From: Hamiltosporidium tvaerminnensis FI-OER-3-3 | Taxonomy: Eukaryota; Fungi; Microsporidia | DNA: 64,000 bases | Assembly (NCBI GenBank): GCA_022605425.2 | Contig: JAKIMF020000005.1 | Span: forward strand, 1,302,001 to 1,366,000 | Direction of reading: 5' to 3' | Part shown: positions 22,990 through 34,874 of the stretch, piece by piece | Position numbering within the stretch: position 1 is the first letter of the stretch | Layout: each line of letters starts with the position of its first letter | The notes under the pieces: model-generated | The model's database searches: none | The model's input: the letters and a program-made list of their open reading frames with translations, nothing else | What the model was told of the DNA's origin: nothing | Translations under genes and position numbers: made by a program

Positions 22990-25029
22990 TTATAACTCCT
23001 CTCTTCCCATTTCCTTACCACTCTCCATACTCTCCATCTCTCCTTTAGGTACCCCCTTATCACTAAGCATAGGCTCAACAACACCTTTAAGTGTCTCCAT
23101 CTTCTCTCTAAACATCTCCTTATCAGCACTATTCTTCTCTGCTTCTAACCATGTCTCTACATTAACAATAGCACTCTCTACATTATTCTTAACACTCTCA
23201 CTTAACCCATTCATTCTACTCTTAACACTATCAATATAACTAACCAATTCATTCTTAGCCATATACCTGTCATACACTTCTTTATCTAAATGTTCGTTTT
23301 CTTCTTTTTCTTTTAACATCTTAGCTATTGTCTCTTCATTTAAAGAATAATCGTGTTTATCAAATTTTATTTGTGCTTCTACGTTTTTAGAAAGTTCTTT
23401 AGCAAATACATGTATTGTTCTGTTTGTATCGATACGTACTGTTACTTCTATCTGTGGTACTCCTCTTGGGGCTTGGAAAGGAAGATTAAGAACAAAGGAA
23501 CCTAACTGATGATTTCCTTTAAAACTTGTTCTTTCTCCTTGTGCTACTTTAATACTGACAGCTGGTTGGTTATCTACAGCTGTAGTAAATACTTTGGTAC
23601 CGTTGGATGGAATTGTGGTGTTTCTTTTTAAAAGTGGTACAAAAATGTCTTCATCTACACATATTCCTATTCCCATAGGAAGTACATCTGCTAACTGTAT
23701 CAAATCATCTTTAGCTATGTATTTAGAGAGATATGCAGCATACCAACAAGCACCCTCTGCTACTACTGTGTCTGCATTTAAAGAATGGTCAATTTTTCTT
23801 TTACCAAAAATATCTGCTAAAATCCATCGAACTTTTGGTATTCTAGAAGATCCTCCTACTAATAAAACCTTAGAAATATTAGAAGAACTTCCATTTTCAT
23901 CTTTCTTATATTTATAAAGGATTCCTTCAGAATCAGTCTCACTTAAATATTTGGTTACTTTGTCAAAGACACGTTGACATATTTTATTAAATTCTGAGGT
24001 TTTTAAAGAAAGAGAAACAAATTTGTCTCCTTCGTAGAAAAAGTCATCCTTGTGTGAACAGTCGACTCCTTTGAAATCTTTTTCATCGGATTTGTTTTGT
24101 TTGTCACATAAACTCAACTTAAAATCTTCTACAAATGCTCTCAATCTTAACTCATCATTTACATCTGTAAATTTGACACCTTTTTTCTTTAAAATATCTT
24201 TAAAATGACTAAAAATACAGTCATTTACATCTTCTCCTCCCAAATAATTGTCTCCTGAATATGTTTTAACTTCTAAAAGTTTATCTTCATATTCTAAAAC
24301 TGAAATATCTAAAGTTCCTCCACCAAAATCAAAAACAAGATAATTTTCCAATTTGTCACCACTTTTAGTCATCTGATAAGCATATGCTGCTGCTACTGGT
24401 TCTGCACAATTATATTCTGTTCTAAAACCAGCAAGTGCTGCAGATTTAGCTGTAGCTTCTATTTGGTTGGTAGTAAAATATGCTGGTGTAGTAACAACTA
24501 CCTTACCTACATTATCAAAAGATTCTGAAATATGTCTTTTAAGTCCTTCTAAAATATACCTGGATGCATCAACTGGTGTCACTTTCTTAATAATATTATT
24601 ATTTTCATCTTTAGTATACATCATAACACTAGAACCATCTCCTGACTTAATAAGTTCCATCTCATAACTTACAAGATGCTTATATTCTAAAATCTTTTTT
24701 TCATCGGCTTTGGAAAGTCCCATGTATCTTTTAAAAGCGTAGAGGTAATTGGATTTGTTGGGTTTCTTTTGATTTTCATAAAAAGCATTCCAACCAGTAA
24801 CTGGAAGAGCAGTTTTTTTACCATCGACTTCAAATTGTTCAAATCTTAGGACAGAGGGAGTTGTTTGTTTACCGTTTGGAAAGGTAATAATGGTAGGTTT
24901 GTTGGCTACAGGATCAAACACACAAACACAACTATACGTTGTACCAAGATCAATACCAACAGCTACCGCTTTATTATCATTCTTGTTTTCTAAGGAAAAT
25001 ATAAAACTTAAGAGGAAGAGAAGTTTCAT
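22990..25029 (-). CDS. ER-lumenal Hsp70 (BiP/Kar2-like)
   Basis: GIDLGTTYS, VFDFGGGTLDIS, LVGGSSRIPKV, APRGVPQIEV; hydrophobic N-terminal signal peptide; C-terminal REEL ER-retention-like motif. Confidence 0.92.
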   Translation of the reverse strand: MKLLFLLSFIFSLENKNDNKAVAVGIDLGTTYSCVCVFDPVANKPTIITFPNGKQTTPSVLRFEQFEVDGKKTALPVTGWNAFYENQKKPNKSNYLYAFKRYMGLSKADEKKILEYKHLVSYEMELIKSGDGSSVMMYTKDENNNIIKKVTPVDASRYILEGLKRHISESFDNVGKVVVTTPAYFTTNQIEATAKSAALAGFRTEYNCAEPVAAAYAYQMTKSGDKLENYLVFDFGGGTLDISVLEYEDKLLEVKTYSGDNYLGGEDVNDCIFSHFKDILKKKGVKFTDVNDELRLRAFVEDFKLSLCDKQNKSDEKDFKGVDCSHKDDFFYEGDKFVSLSLKTSEFNKICQRVFDKVTKYLSETDSEGILYKYKKDENGSSSNISKVLLVGGSSRIPKVRWILADIFGKRKIDHSLNADTVVAEGACWYAAYLSKYIAKDDLIQLADVLPMGIGICVDEDIFVPLLKRNTTIPSNGTKVFTTAVDNQPAVSIKVAQGERTSFKGNHQLGSFVLNLPFQAPRGVPQIEVTVRIDTNRTIHVFAKELSKNVEAQIKFDKHDYSLNEETIAKMLKEKEENEHLDKEVYDRYMAKNELVSYIDSVKSRMNGLSESVKNNVESAIVNVETWLEAEKNSADKEMFREKMETLKGVVEPMLSDKGVPKGEMESMESGKEMGREEL

Positions 25030-25230
25030 TTTTTCTTTTTTTTTTATGGGGTGGAATTTTTTTTGTTTAAATAGTTTTAACAGCCAATCATTTTCTTACA
25101 AATGGTAGGTAAAATTAAAATGTTTGAATAATGGAGGTGGAGAAAAGGATTTTTAGTTTTAATATTTAAAGAGAAGTAATATTCAAAGAAAAGAAATATT
25201 TATAGAGAAAAGAATTATGATAAGAATGTA

Positions 25231-25342
25231 TATAATAAAGATACATTATAATAAAGATACATTATAATAAAGATACATTATAATAAAGATACATTATAAT
25301 AAAGATACATTATAATAAAGATACATTATAATAAAGATACAT
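25231..25342. repeat. 16-bp minisatellite x7
   Basis: (TATAATAAAGATACAT)7, perfect. Confidence 0.95.
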
Positions 25343-25747
25343 TATAAGAAGTATAGATGTATAGGATAAAGGGAAAGTAAAGAATATGTTTGATAAGAAA
25401 ATATTTAGAAAGAAGAGAACTAAGAAGTGTTTATATTTAATAAAAAGAATATTTATAAAAAGAATTTATAAAGAATGAGAAATATAAGAAATGTATAAAG
25501 AATATTTATAAAAAGAATGTATAAAGAATATATAAAGAATGAGAAATATAAGAAATGTATAAAGAATGTAAAGAATGTAAAGAATATAAAGAATGTATAA
25601 AGAATGTAAAGAATATAAAGAATATAAAGAATGAGAAACGTGGTTTTAATTGATTAAAAATATTTTATCTTAGAAAATATTAAAAAAAGTTAATTTTTAA
25701 AATTATTAAGTAAAAAATAATAATATTTTATACTCTTATAAATTCCT

Positions 25748-25826
25748 ATGGAGGAAGAAATAGAAGTGGTTGAAAGAATTATTTAGAAAAGAGAAAAATT
25801 TGTTAACCCAGAATTTTATTAAATAA
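25748..25826 (+). mobile_element. Very short, degenerate 3' tail of the R4-clade element
   Basis: Exact TTAACCCAGAATTTTATTAAATAAA at ~25803-25827, preceded by a degenerate match to the ORF end. Confidence 0.75.
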
Positions 25827-25884
25827 ATAAATCCTTATATAAATCCTAATAATTCCTTATAAATTCCTTATAAATTCTTATATA

Positions 25885-26410
25885 AATTCTTATATAAAGG
25901 AATGAGAAATCTAATAAATATTATTAAATCCTTATAATTCCTAATAATTCTTATATAAAGGAATGAGAAATCTAATAAATATTATTAAATCCTTATAATT
26001 CCTAATAATTCTTATATAAAGGAATGAGAAATCTAATAAATATTATTAAATCCTTATAATTCCTAATAATTCTTATATAAAGGAATGAGAAATCTAATAA
26101 ATATTATTAAATCCTTATAATTCCTAATAATTCTTATATAAAGGAATGAGAAATCTAATAAATATTATTAAATCCTTATAATTCCTAATAATTCTTATAT
26201 AAAGGAATGAGAAATCTAATAAATATTATTAAATCCTTATAATTCCTAATAATTCTTATATAAAGGAATGAGAAATCTAATAAATATTATTAAATCCTTA
26301 TAATTCCTAATAATTCTTATATAAAGGAATGAGAAATCTAATAAATATTATTAAATCCTTATAATTCCTAATAATTCTTATATAAAGGAATGAGAAATCT
26401 AATAAATATT
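25885..26410. repeat. 61-bp minisatellite, ~8.6 perfect copies
   Basis: GGAATGAGAAATC recurs every 61 bp from 25899 to 26387, with no spacers. Confidence 0.95.
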
Positions 26411-26499
26411 TTATAACTCCTTATATAATTCCTAATTTAAATACTAATATAAATTCCTTTATAAATTCCTATATAAAATTAGATTAAAGACTCTTTATT

Positions 26500-26790
26500 T
26501 AAAAATATATTTTAACATAGAATTTTATAATTTAATTTAAAGAGGTAGAAGTTTATTTAATAAAAGAATGAGGAATTATATACTAAGAAATATATTTTAA
26601 CATAGAATTTTATAATTTAATTTAAAGAGGTAGAAGAAACACATAATAAAAATGGCAAAATATATTTTAACATAGAATTTTATTCAATGAAAATATAAAA
26701 AAATGAGGAATTATATACTAAGAAATAAATTTTAATAAGAATTTTTTATAATTTAATTTAAAGAGGTAGAAGAAACATTAAATTATAATT
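26500..26790 (+). repeat. Tandem repeats derived from the R4-element 3' tail
   Basis: AAAGAGGTAGAAGAAACACATAATAAAAATGGCAAAATATATTTTAACATAGAATTTTATT resembles the element end AAAGAGGTAGAAGAAAACATATAAAAATGTTAAAATATTTTAACCCAGAATTTTATT. Confidence 0.7.
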
Positions 26791-26899
26791 TAAAGAAAAG
26801 AAAAACATAAAACATTTTAAAAATAAAATTTAATAAGAAAATTAATTTGTAGAAATTTAAAATGTTTACAAGTAATATATCTAATGGTTTAAGAGTTAT

Positions 26900-27025
26900 T
26901 AGAGAAATAATAAAGAGAAATAATAAAGAGAAATAATAAAGAGAAATAATAAAGAGAAATACATAGAGAAATAATAAAGAGAAATACATAGAGAAATAAT
27001 AAAAGAAAAATAATAAAGAGAAATA
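26900..27025. repeat. 13-bp minisatellite (AGAGAAATAATAA)n
   Basis: About nine near-perfect copies. Confidence 0.9.
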
Positions 27026-27207
27026 TTATTCAACTTATAAGTATAAGAGATTTGTAAGTTTGTAAAGAACATTAGTGATACTATATTAATGTAATTATAC
27101 AATATAAAGAATCTACTTTAATTGAGTTTAGTAGATAGAAAAGTAAAGGATAAGGAATCTTCTTTAATTATATTGATAGAAGGATAAGTAAAGAATATAA
27201 AGATAAA

Positions 27208-27940
27208 ACTTTATTTAAAAGTATCACATCTTTTTACAATAGTGGCAAGTATTATATTTGTTTTTATGACATTAACGCAGTTCTGGGGTTAACATAAATG
27301 ACTGCTACCCCAACACTCCATCTGTAACCCCTGAGATACCTACGTTTCAAAGCTTTTCATCTACCAGGTGTGTAGAACCTAATTTAATAGGCGAGGCAGT
27401 TGCCCGGAGTTCGTTAATGTCCGTTGCATGGAGTGTGATCGAAGGCCGAAGCCCCCCCCTAAGCTCCACCAAGACTATGCAGCATTCCCACTTACTCTAC
27501 ACTTTCTGAACCCAATAAACTTCTAGATAAGATATATTTCAGAGATTTACACGGGGTCCACCTAGACAGTGCAATGTCATACCAACAGGTATAACCTACT
27601 ACTTAGCTCTCCCGGCTTTTAATGGGTTTTATTTTACATAGCACATAGGTGCTATGTCTTCTAACCTGAGTAAGCAAGGCTAGGTTTCCATGCTTTTACA
27701 TGGCAATTACTTACATGTTCAGCTGCGGTCTGCAATCTGGTTACATAAAAAATTACAAATAAATTTGTAGAAAAAGTTTCTCCATTTCTTAGACTTCGCC
27801 TCTTCATAACAACTCCCATGGAATAACCGAAGATGTAGTGTGGTTTTATTCCCACCAAAAATCCAAACAATGATCTTCACACCAGTTTCACACCCTCATT
27901 GCCAAGCAGAAAGTTTTTTATGTGGTTATCCTCCCTCTAC
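27208..27940 (-). mobile_element. Non-autonomous SINE-like retroelement, copy 2 (733 nt)
   Basis: Co-linear with 7228-7960; 13-bp TSD with one mismatch (ATATAAAGATAAA 27195-27207; ATTTAAAGATAAA 27941-27953). Confidence 0.88.
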
Positions 27941-28109
27941 ATTTAAAGATAAATAAAAATAATACGGAATATTTGATAGTGTATTTCTTGTACGAATACC
28001 TGAGAAATGCAGTACAAAAATGATTAATAGTAATTTGAAAGATTAATGGGAGTTAAATGTATGGAAAAGGGTTGAATGAAGATACTTCGAATGGTTTTGA
28101 AATGTAAGA

Positions 28110-28660
28110 ACGAATAAAAGCAGATAAAGGACCTATTTTATTCTAAAGCTCTTTTTTAAGTCAAATCTGAAAATTTACCAAAAAAACAAAAATATATCCT
28201 TATCTTCAGACCTACTGTACTATATGCTTTAGAAATATTTTTGATGACCAAAAGAGACGAATCTATATTAGATTATTGGGACTGAAAGATACTAAGAAGA
28301 ATATATGGCACAATGGTTTAAAATAACGAGATTTGAATTGGAAAAATCAAGAAATATATTAGAGGTATCAAACTTAATTTTATTCCTTAATGAAACAAAG
28401 AAGACTTAGATGACTCAGACACTTAGAATAATTTTATTATGAAAAGCTGTTAGTAATTTTTTTAGATTTGATATCTGAAGGTATGAGAAGACAAATAGAC
28501 TACTGGACAACTGACTAGGTGATAATGAAAAGGATCTAAGAAAACTCAATGTATTTCAATGAAAGACTCAGGGTATAATAGTGAATAATAAAAGAGAATC
28601 GTAAAAGAGAATAATAAAAGAGGCCCGAGCTCTTCAAGAATTTTAGCACCACGGGGTTTA
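28110..28660 (+). mobile_element. Degenerate RTE-clade LINE 3' remnant
   Basis: IFRPTVLYALEIFLMTKRDE, KILRRIYG, EARALQ; homologous to 14657-15720. Confidence 0.8.
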
Positions 28661-28747
28661 TATGCTAGATTCGAATTAGAAAGTGTTTTATTTCTATGAC
28701 AGGTAAATCTTAAGTTTTTATAAAGCTTTGTATTTTCTTGAACCAAC

Positions 28748-28945
28748 AAAAAAGTTGTGGTGAAATATTTTTTTTCTACTTAAAGAAATAGAATTTTTAT
28801 TTTTTAGACCACAAAAAAGTTGTGGTGAAATATTTTTTTTCTACTTAAAGAAATAGAATTTTTGTATTTTAAACCAACAAAAAAGTTGTGGTGAAATTTT
28901 TTTTTTCTACTTAAATAAAAAATTAAAGAAATAGAATTTTTGTAT
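28748..28945. repeat. ~65-bp tandem repeat x3
   Basis: AAAAAAGTTGTGGTGAAAT at about 28748, 28813 and 28879. Confidence 0.9.
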
Positions 28946-30782
28946 TTTTTTTAATATTTATTTCTATAAATCAAAGTTTCTTTTAGCTTTGAACATTTAT
29001 ATAGCTTTATTTAATTTTTAGACAAAAAATATTTTAATCATTAAAATAAGCGATTTCAGCGCTTTTAAAATAAACGCTATTAATAATTTTCTAAATTAAA
29101 TAGAAAATATAAAAATTTCTGTTCTTAAAATATAAAAAAAAATGAGTTTGTAATTTTTTTGCAAATTATTTTTATCTGATATCAAGCAAAAATTATAGCA
29201 GGCTGTATTTTTATTACAGAAAATTTATAGAATAAAATAAATTACAAAAAATCAGCAAAAAAAGTGGTTTTTTGACAAAGTGAGATTGAGATAGTAGATT
29301 AATCCTTTCAATATTATTATTTTTTAGGATAAAAGAATTTTATAACACAGGAATATTTAATGATTTTCGAAAGATTCTAATAATAGATCTTACATTTAGA
29401 ATATGAATGTTTGAATTTCGAATATCAAAATAAAATACTTTTATTTAAAATATTTCAGATTTACTTTTTCTTGAATTAATTTTCAAAATTAAATTAAACA
29501 TGAAAAACTTTCGAGCTAAAATTTAATTTAGATTTATATTTTGAGCTAAAATTATAATATTTTATCTGTTTTTATTAAAACAGACTATAAAAAGCCAAAT
29601 TTTATTTCACTTTAAAATGAGATAACTAAAAAATAAATTAAACGAATCCAAGGCAATTTAAATTTTCCTTGTATTATTAATTGCAAAAAATTCTTTCAAA
29701 CACTTTTAGTTTGAAAATATCATGAGATTTATATATGGATATGATATATCTTAGAATTAAGAATGTATTATTCTATCAAATTATGTTTCTAAAATGAAGG
29801 TCTAAAAAATTTCTTAACGTTTTTCATAAAATTAAAATTATTCGTTATAATTCTAATTGTTTTTACAGTTTTATATTACATCATTCAAAGTATGTGTTAT
29901 ACCAATTAATCTTTATTATGATAAGTAATCAAGTAGATATATATTCGTGTTTGGGTATTTTGATATATTAAAAATAATTCAAAAAAATTGTTTCAAATCG
30001 CAGACAAAATTTTTTGCGCCGTAAAATTATATTTATAAATTATCTAAATAATTTTTTTCAAAAGCGGTATAGAAATAGTAAAAACAGAAATTATATTTAT
30101 AAAGATAAAAATCAAAAGGAATTTGCGTAAAATTACTTTTTTTGCTACAGTTCATAAATAATTTGGGTTTTTTAATATTATCACAGGGGTATTTTGATTG
30201 ATAGTCTGACATTCATAAGTTATAGCATGTTCAGATATCAACACAGTATTATAACAACTCCTGATTTCTAGATGTAAACATTCTTAGTAAGTCTGAATTC
30301 ATGTATTTCTCTATGTAATTCAGAAAATTCAATCTAGATCGCTTTAATCGAAGGAACAAATTATTTTCGTTGTTAAGCAAATTTTCTTAAATTTTATGAG
30401 TTATATGACATCATCAGAATAATTATTCAACAAAACTTCTTTTGTTTCTCGTTTTAGTTAGAATATGACTAATTTAAATTTTATTGGACAAGGTATATCA
30501 AGGAAAATTATAAACTTTTTATTACAGCAATCTTTATAAATTTAATATTAGATTGGATAAGTTTATATAAAATAACTCTGTTTCGTTGATTTTACATCTT
30601 TAAAGATAGCAAATAAAAAATATCAAAAAAGATTATTCATATCTCAAGTCATTTTTATTTATAAAGTTAATTTACATGTCTTTATAGATTAAAGATACAT
30701 TCATTTAAACATTTTAATTTTCTCGGAAAAAGTCGTTTTTTTTCCAATTTAAGTAAAAACCTGAAATTTAATTTTTATCAGA

Positions 30783-30975
30783 CCAACTAAATAACTCCGG
30801 AGCGCTACAGCCCTTGAAGAGCTCGGTCTCTCTAAAGACTTTCCTCTAATTCTCTATTATGTCATAAGTTTTTCCATTGCAATACATCGAGTTTTATTAG
30901 ATTATTTTCCACCTCTTCTGGCCATCTTTTTATTGGTCTACCTCGTCTTCTTTTACCTTCGGATAGAGATCTAGG
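30783..30975 (-). mobile_element. RTE-clade LINE 3' fragment
   Basis: Minus strand EGKRRRGRPIKRWPEEVENNL...RALQGL*; shares GCGCTACAGCCCTTG with 14680-14695. Confidence 0.85.
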
Positions 30976-32026
30976 TTTATCAGACTAAACTACTTTCTAA
31001 ATATTTAAAAAATAAAAATGTAATCCAATAAGAAATATATAAATTTAGAACTCTTATACCAAGAAACGCATTTGCAAACAAAGAAATTCTTTAGTAAGAC
31101 AAAATTTTATAAAAGTTTAAAACTATTTAAATATTTAAATTAATAGATTTAAGAGTAAAAAGATGATAATTGTCGCTTTAATTTCAGATTTTGCAAAGTT
31201 TAGTCTCCTAACATTTTAAATCTTTTTTAATAAATTAACAATAAAAGTATTTATTATACCAACTTTTTTTCACCAAATCGCTATTTCATAAATAATAGAT
31301 TTGTATGAAGAAGTCATTTTACTACACATCACAATATCACAAGAAAATATATTTTTACTTCTTTGAATTATCATATAAAGAAATAAATGTATTCATTGTT
31401 TTATATAGGCAAATAATTTATGTATTCATTGAAATTACAATGTGATTTTGTAATATGCTTCAATTAAGCATATAATCGAGATTATAATCTATCAAACCCT
31501 ACGTTGATTATATTCGCAGTATTTTCAGTTGTAGTTGGGTGCTCTACCATTAGGTTTATTCATATAAAATAAAATTATTCTGAGAAACGAAATTATACAT
31601 GAAATTCAAAATAAACATCTTAAGGTTTCTAGGCATGTGCGTGAACGTGATTTTTAGACAAGCAATCTAAAATACATTTAAAAAACGACAAAAATCTCCG
31701 ATAAATATTTCGGGAAAAAATACAACTGAATATTAACTATAGCACTTATAATTTTGATGATTTTAATCAAAAAATAGTAAAAATAATGAGAATAATTCAT
31801 TATTAACGATTTTACACATATTTGAAAAAAAATAGAAATTAAATTAAAAAAACTCTTTCATGATTTCATTTAATTCAATGAAATCATTTAAATATTGCTT
31901 TAATCCTATTTTGAATAAATAAGCACATATTTAGTAAAAGAAATTAAAAAATAGATTTTTTAATAAAGAAATCAAATTTTCTTATTTCAATTATTTGATT
32001 TAAGACAAAATATTTAAATATATTAA

Positions 32027-32460
32027 CCGTTTGGCTGCTAAGCAATTATTGCAAGAACGCACGAAAACTGCGGGACTTATTTTCAATTGATGTTGCCATT
32101 TTTTTTTTTTTATATATATATATTGTTTCGCACAACTACAATGTAACAAGTGTTATTGATAACATAGAAAAACAAGTGGTCGTTAAAAATTAAAATTTAT
32201 AAAAAGATAACTTAATCGCTAGCAATCGAATCAACGTCCGAAATAATAGTCCGTGACATGGTTATATTTTTTAAATAATATATAAAAACGGTAAAAAGTT
32301 AGTTTAGAATACACTCGTGTTACAAAGTACTCGCGAGGTCAGACTACGTTCAATTCCACGGAGCAAAAAGACACACTGTGACTGGCAGCGCGAAAGCGCT
32401 GCGTCGCTGTTTTCGAGACAAATGAACGAAGCGCATTCGCGCCGCGTAGCAGTCAAACGG
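32027..32460. mobile_element. piggyBac-type MITE (434 bp)
   Basis: TTAA on both sides (32023-32026, 32461-32464); TIRs CCGTTTGGCTGCTA and reverse complement CCGTTTGACTGCTA; no transposase. Confidence 0.85.
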
Positions 32461-32944
32461 TTAATGGTATATAGCTCGCATGTTTCGTTTTTACTAAATA
32501 AGAAGTTTATAAAAACAAGATTACTTCAAGATTAGATTAAATAACAATTTGGATTCCGTTTTATAGTGCACTAAGTAATAAAAGTCTTGAAATAAAACTC
32601 AGGGACGTCATTACTTCAGATGTAAAATAACAATTTATTCATGTAAAAAATAATGATGAACTCAATTTATGTCAAACCGGCTTTATCTTCGAATATAAAA
32701 AACGGCTAAACGATATATTTTTATAAAAATGCTTTGGCTTATGCAAAATCATATTTTATGTACATTAAACATCAGGTGCTTCTTTCATCTAATAAATTGA
32801 TACTTATTGAAATTTAAAAAAAATTTAAATTAAAAATGATTAATCATTTCCGGTAATTTTATAAATCAGGACATTTCAAAATGAAATCTTAAATTTAATT
32901 TATCACTGTAAATATATAAATACAGAAATTTTGAGCACCTCTAA

Positions 32945-34444
32945 ATGAAATTCTATGTTCCTGCGTTGATGGTATTGTTTTTTCAATCATACGATGGTTT
33001 TTATGATAAATTCTTTCATTTAGGAAAAAATGATAAGATGAAGACAACAACAGATAAAGATCATAAGGACAAAGTCGTTATTTTCGAAAGTAATAATAGA
33101 GCTTTTAACAAAGAAATATTCGAAGATATTTCTAATTCTAGAATAATATTAAAAGATTATATCAAAATATATTATTTAGAAGTAGAAAGCGATATTTTTT
33201 TAGAAACGCTTTTTTCAAAAGTTGAAAATGCAATCACTGATAATAACTTGAACAACAACGGTTTTGAAATAGAGAAATATGAATTTACTATAATAAAGAC
33301 AATATTTGATGAGATTTTTAATTTATTTGAAAAAGATATAAATAGTATCGGCATAGAATATCGAGAAGAGTGTGAAGAAATAGTTTCCGAATTAAAAGAA
33401 TTCTTAACAATGAAATTCAAAGCTAAAATGGATAAAAATCCTATCTCTTCATTAGTTAAGAATAAACCAATAGGAAAAATAAGCATTGATTCTGATGAAA
33501 TAAAGTTCAAGTTATCAGTTTATTTTAAAACATTTATTTTAAATTATCTGAAAAATTTGTTTACATATTTTGGAAATTTTAAAACATTTGCTCAAGAAGT
33601 TATTCTAAAGAATCACAGCATAAGTTATTATTATAAAACCAGTGAATTTAAAAAGTTAAATTACATCTTTACATGCTTAAAATATGAAACATTAGATATT
33701 GATACGCTTAGTATAAACTTTTTATTTAATTGTAATAATATGAATAGGTTAGAAGAAATCATAAAGGTAGCATATGCCGAAATATCGAATAATTGCAATG
33801 ATTTGATGACAGAAAAAAGTCAAGTGGATTATATTCTGTTTTGTTAAACAGATAAGATAATGAATTCGAAAGTAGATTTTTCAAAAAATTTTAAAAATAT
33901 TGAAACGAAATTTCTAACACTAGATAAAAAAACATTTCCTTTGACAAAAAAGACTATAAAAATGTATAAGATGCTTGACATGGTTTTAATTTTAGATTTA
34001 GAAAGCATCTTCCTCGAATTTTTCGGAAAAACTTATAAGATTATACATTTAATCGGAAATAGAAAAATATTTCACTTCAAAAAACCGTTTCAGTCTCTAG
34101 AAAATACAGACTTAAGTAAATTTAACTGTTTCAAGCAACAAGAAAAAAAACAAATTTTTAAAATATTCAACAAAACAATATTAAAAACAATAAGAGAGGT
34201 TTATTTCAAAACAGTAAGAATTTCTATTAGCGTTTTTATTGATAAATCTGACTCCTTCTTGTCCATATATTCTAAAGATTTTTATTACAGTAATGCAGGA
34301 TCAAATTATTCAGACAGCCAGAAACAAATCGTTAGATTTTTATTATCCAACAATTTTTTCAATGGTGAATTTTTGCGCCTAACCAAAGAATATCTAAATT
34401 TTTCTAATAAATCCAATATATTCGTTTATGAGTTAGAAACATAA
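32945..34444 (+). CDS. Putative secreted protein of unknown function, split by one in-frame TAA (33845-33847)
   Basis: Signal-peptide-like N-terminus MKFYVPALMVLFFQSYDG; ORFs 32945-33847 and 33860-34444 are in the same frame; AATAAA after 34444. Confidence 0.65.
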
Positions 34445-34667
34445 TCAATAAATAAAATAATGTCTAAGAAATCTATTTTTATTATAAAAACTTGTTTACA
34501 TTTATAGATATACATTAAATTAGCTAATAAACACGTTATTTAAAATAACTAGTTAGTTCTTTTCAAATAGTAAAACAATTTAATGTAATTTTGGGTATTA
34601 TTTATATTTTGTAAATTTAGACGTAAAGTAAATTTATATTTTATAATTTTTTATAATTTATTCTGAA

Positions 34668-34843
34668 GGGCCGGGCACGATCTACGATTGGTGAACTCAG
34701 TATCGTTCGTTCGAAGATTTGCGCGAGGCTGACAACCAAATCATTCAAAAGAAATTGTCGTTGGATCACCTATAACTTAACGAAGCCATGATTCGTCGTC
34801 GGATTGTGTTCCAGCCATAGGAAAGAGCGAGCTATTAAATAAT
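34668..34843 (+). ncRNA. Unidentified GC-rich structured RNA-like island
   Basis: 5' GGCCGGGCACGAUCUACGA pairs with 3' UCGUCGGAUUGUGUUCCAGCC using G-U pairs that work only on the plus strand. Confidence 0.45.
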
Positions 34844-34874
34844 AATAATTTTTAATAATAGATTCCAGTAAATT

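Noticed and set aside
25885-26410. CRISPR-like array
   Set aside because: Perfect tandem 61-bp units without unique spacers, no cas genes, eukaryotic context
34668-34690. 7SL/SRP RNA call based on the GCCGGGC start
   Set aside because: No helix-8 SRP54-binding motif or Alu UGUNR motif visible; kept as an unidentified structured RNA
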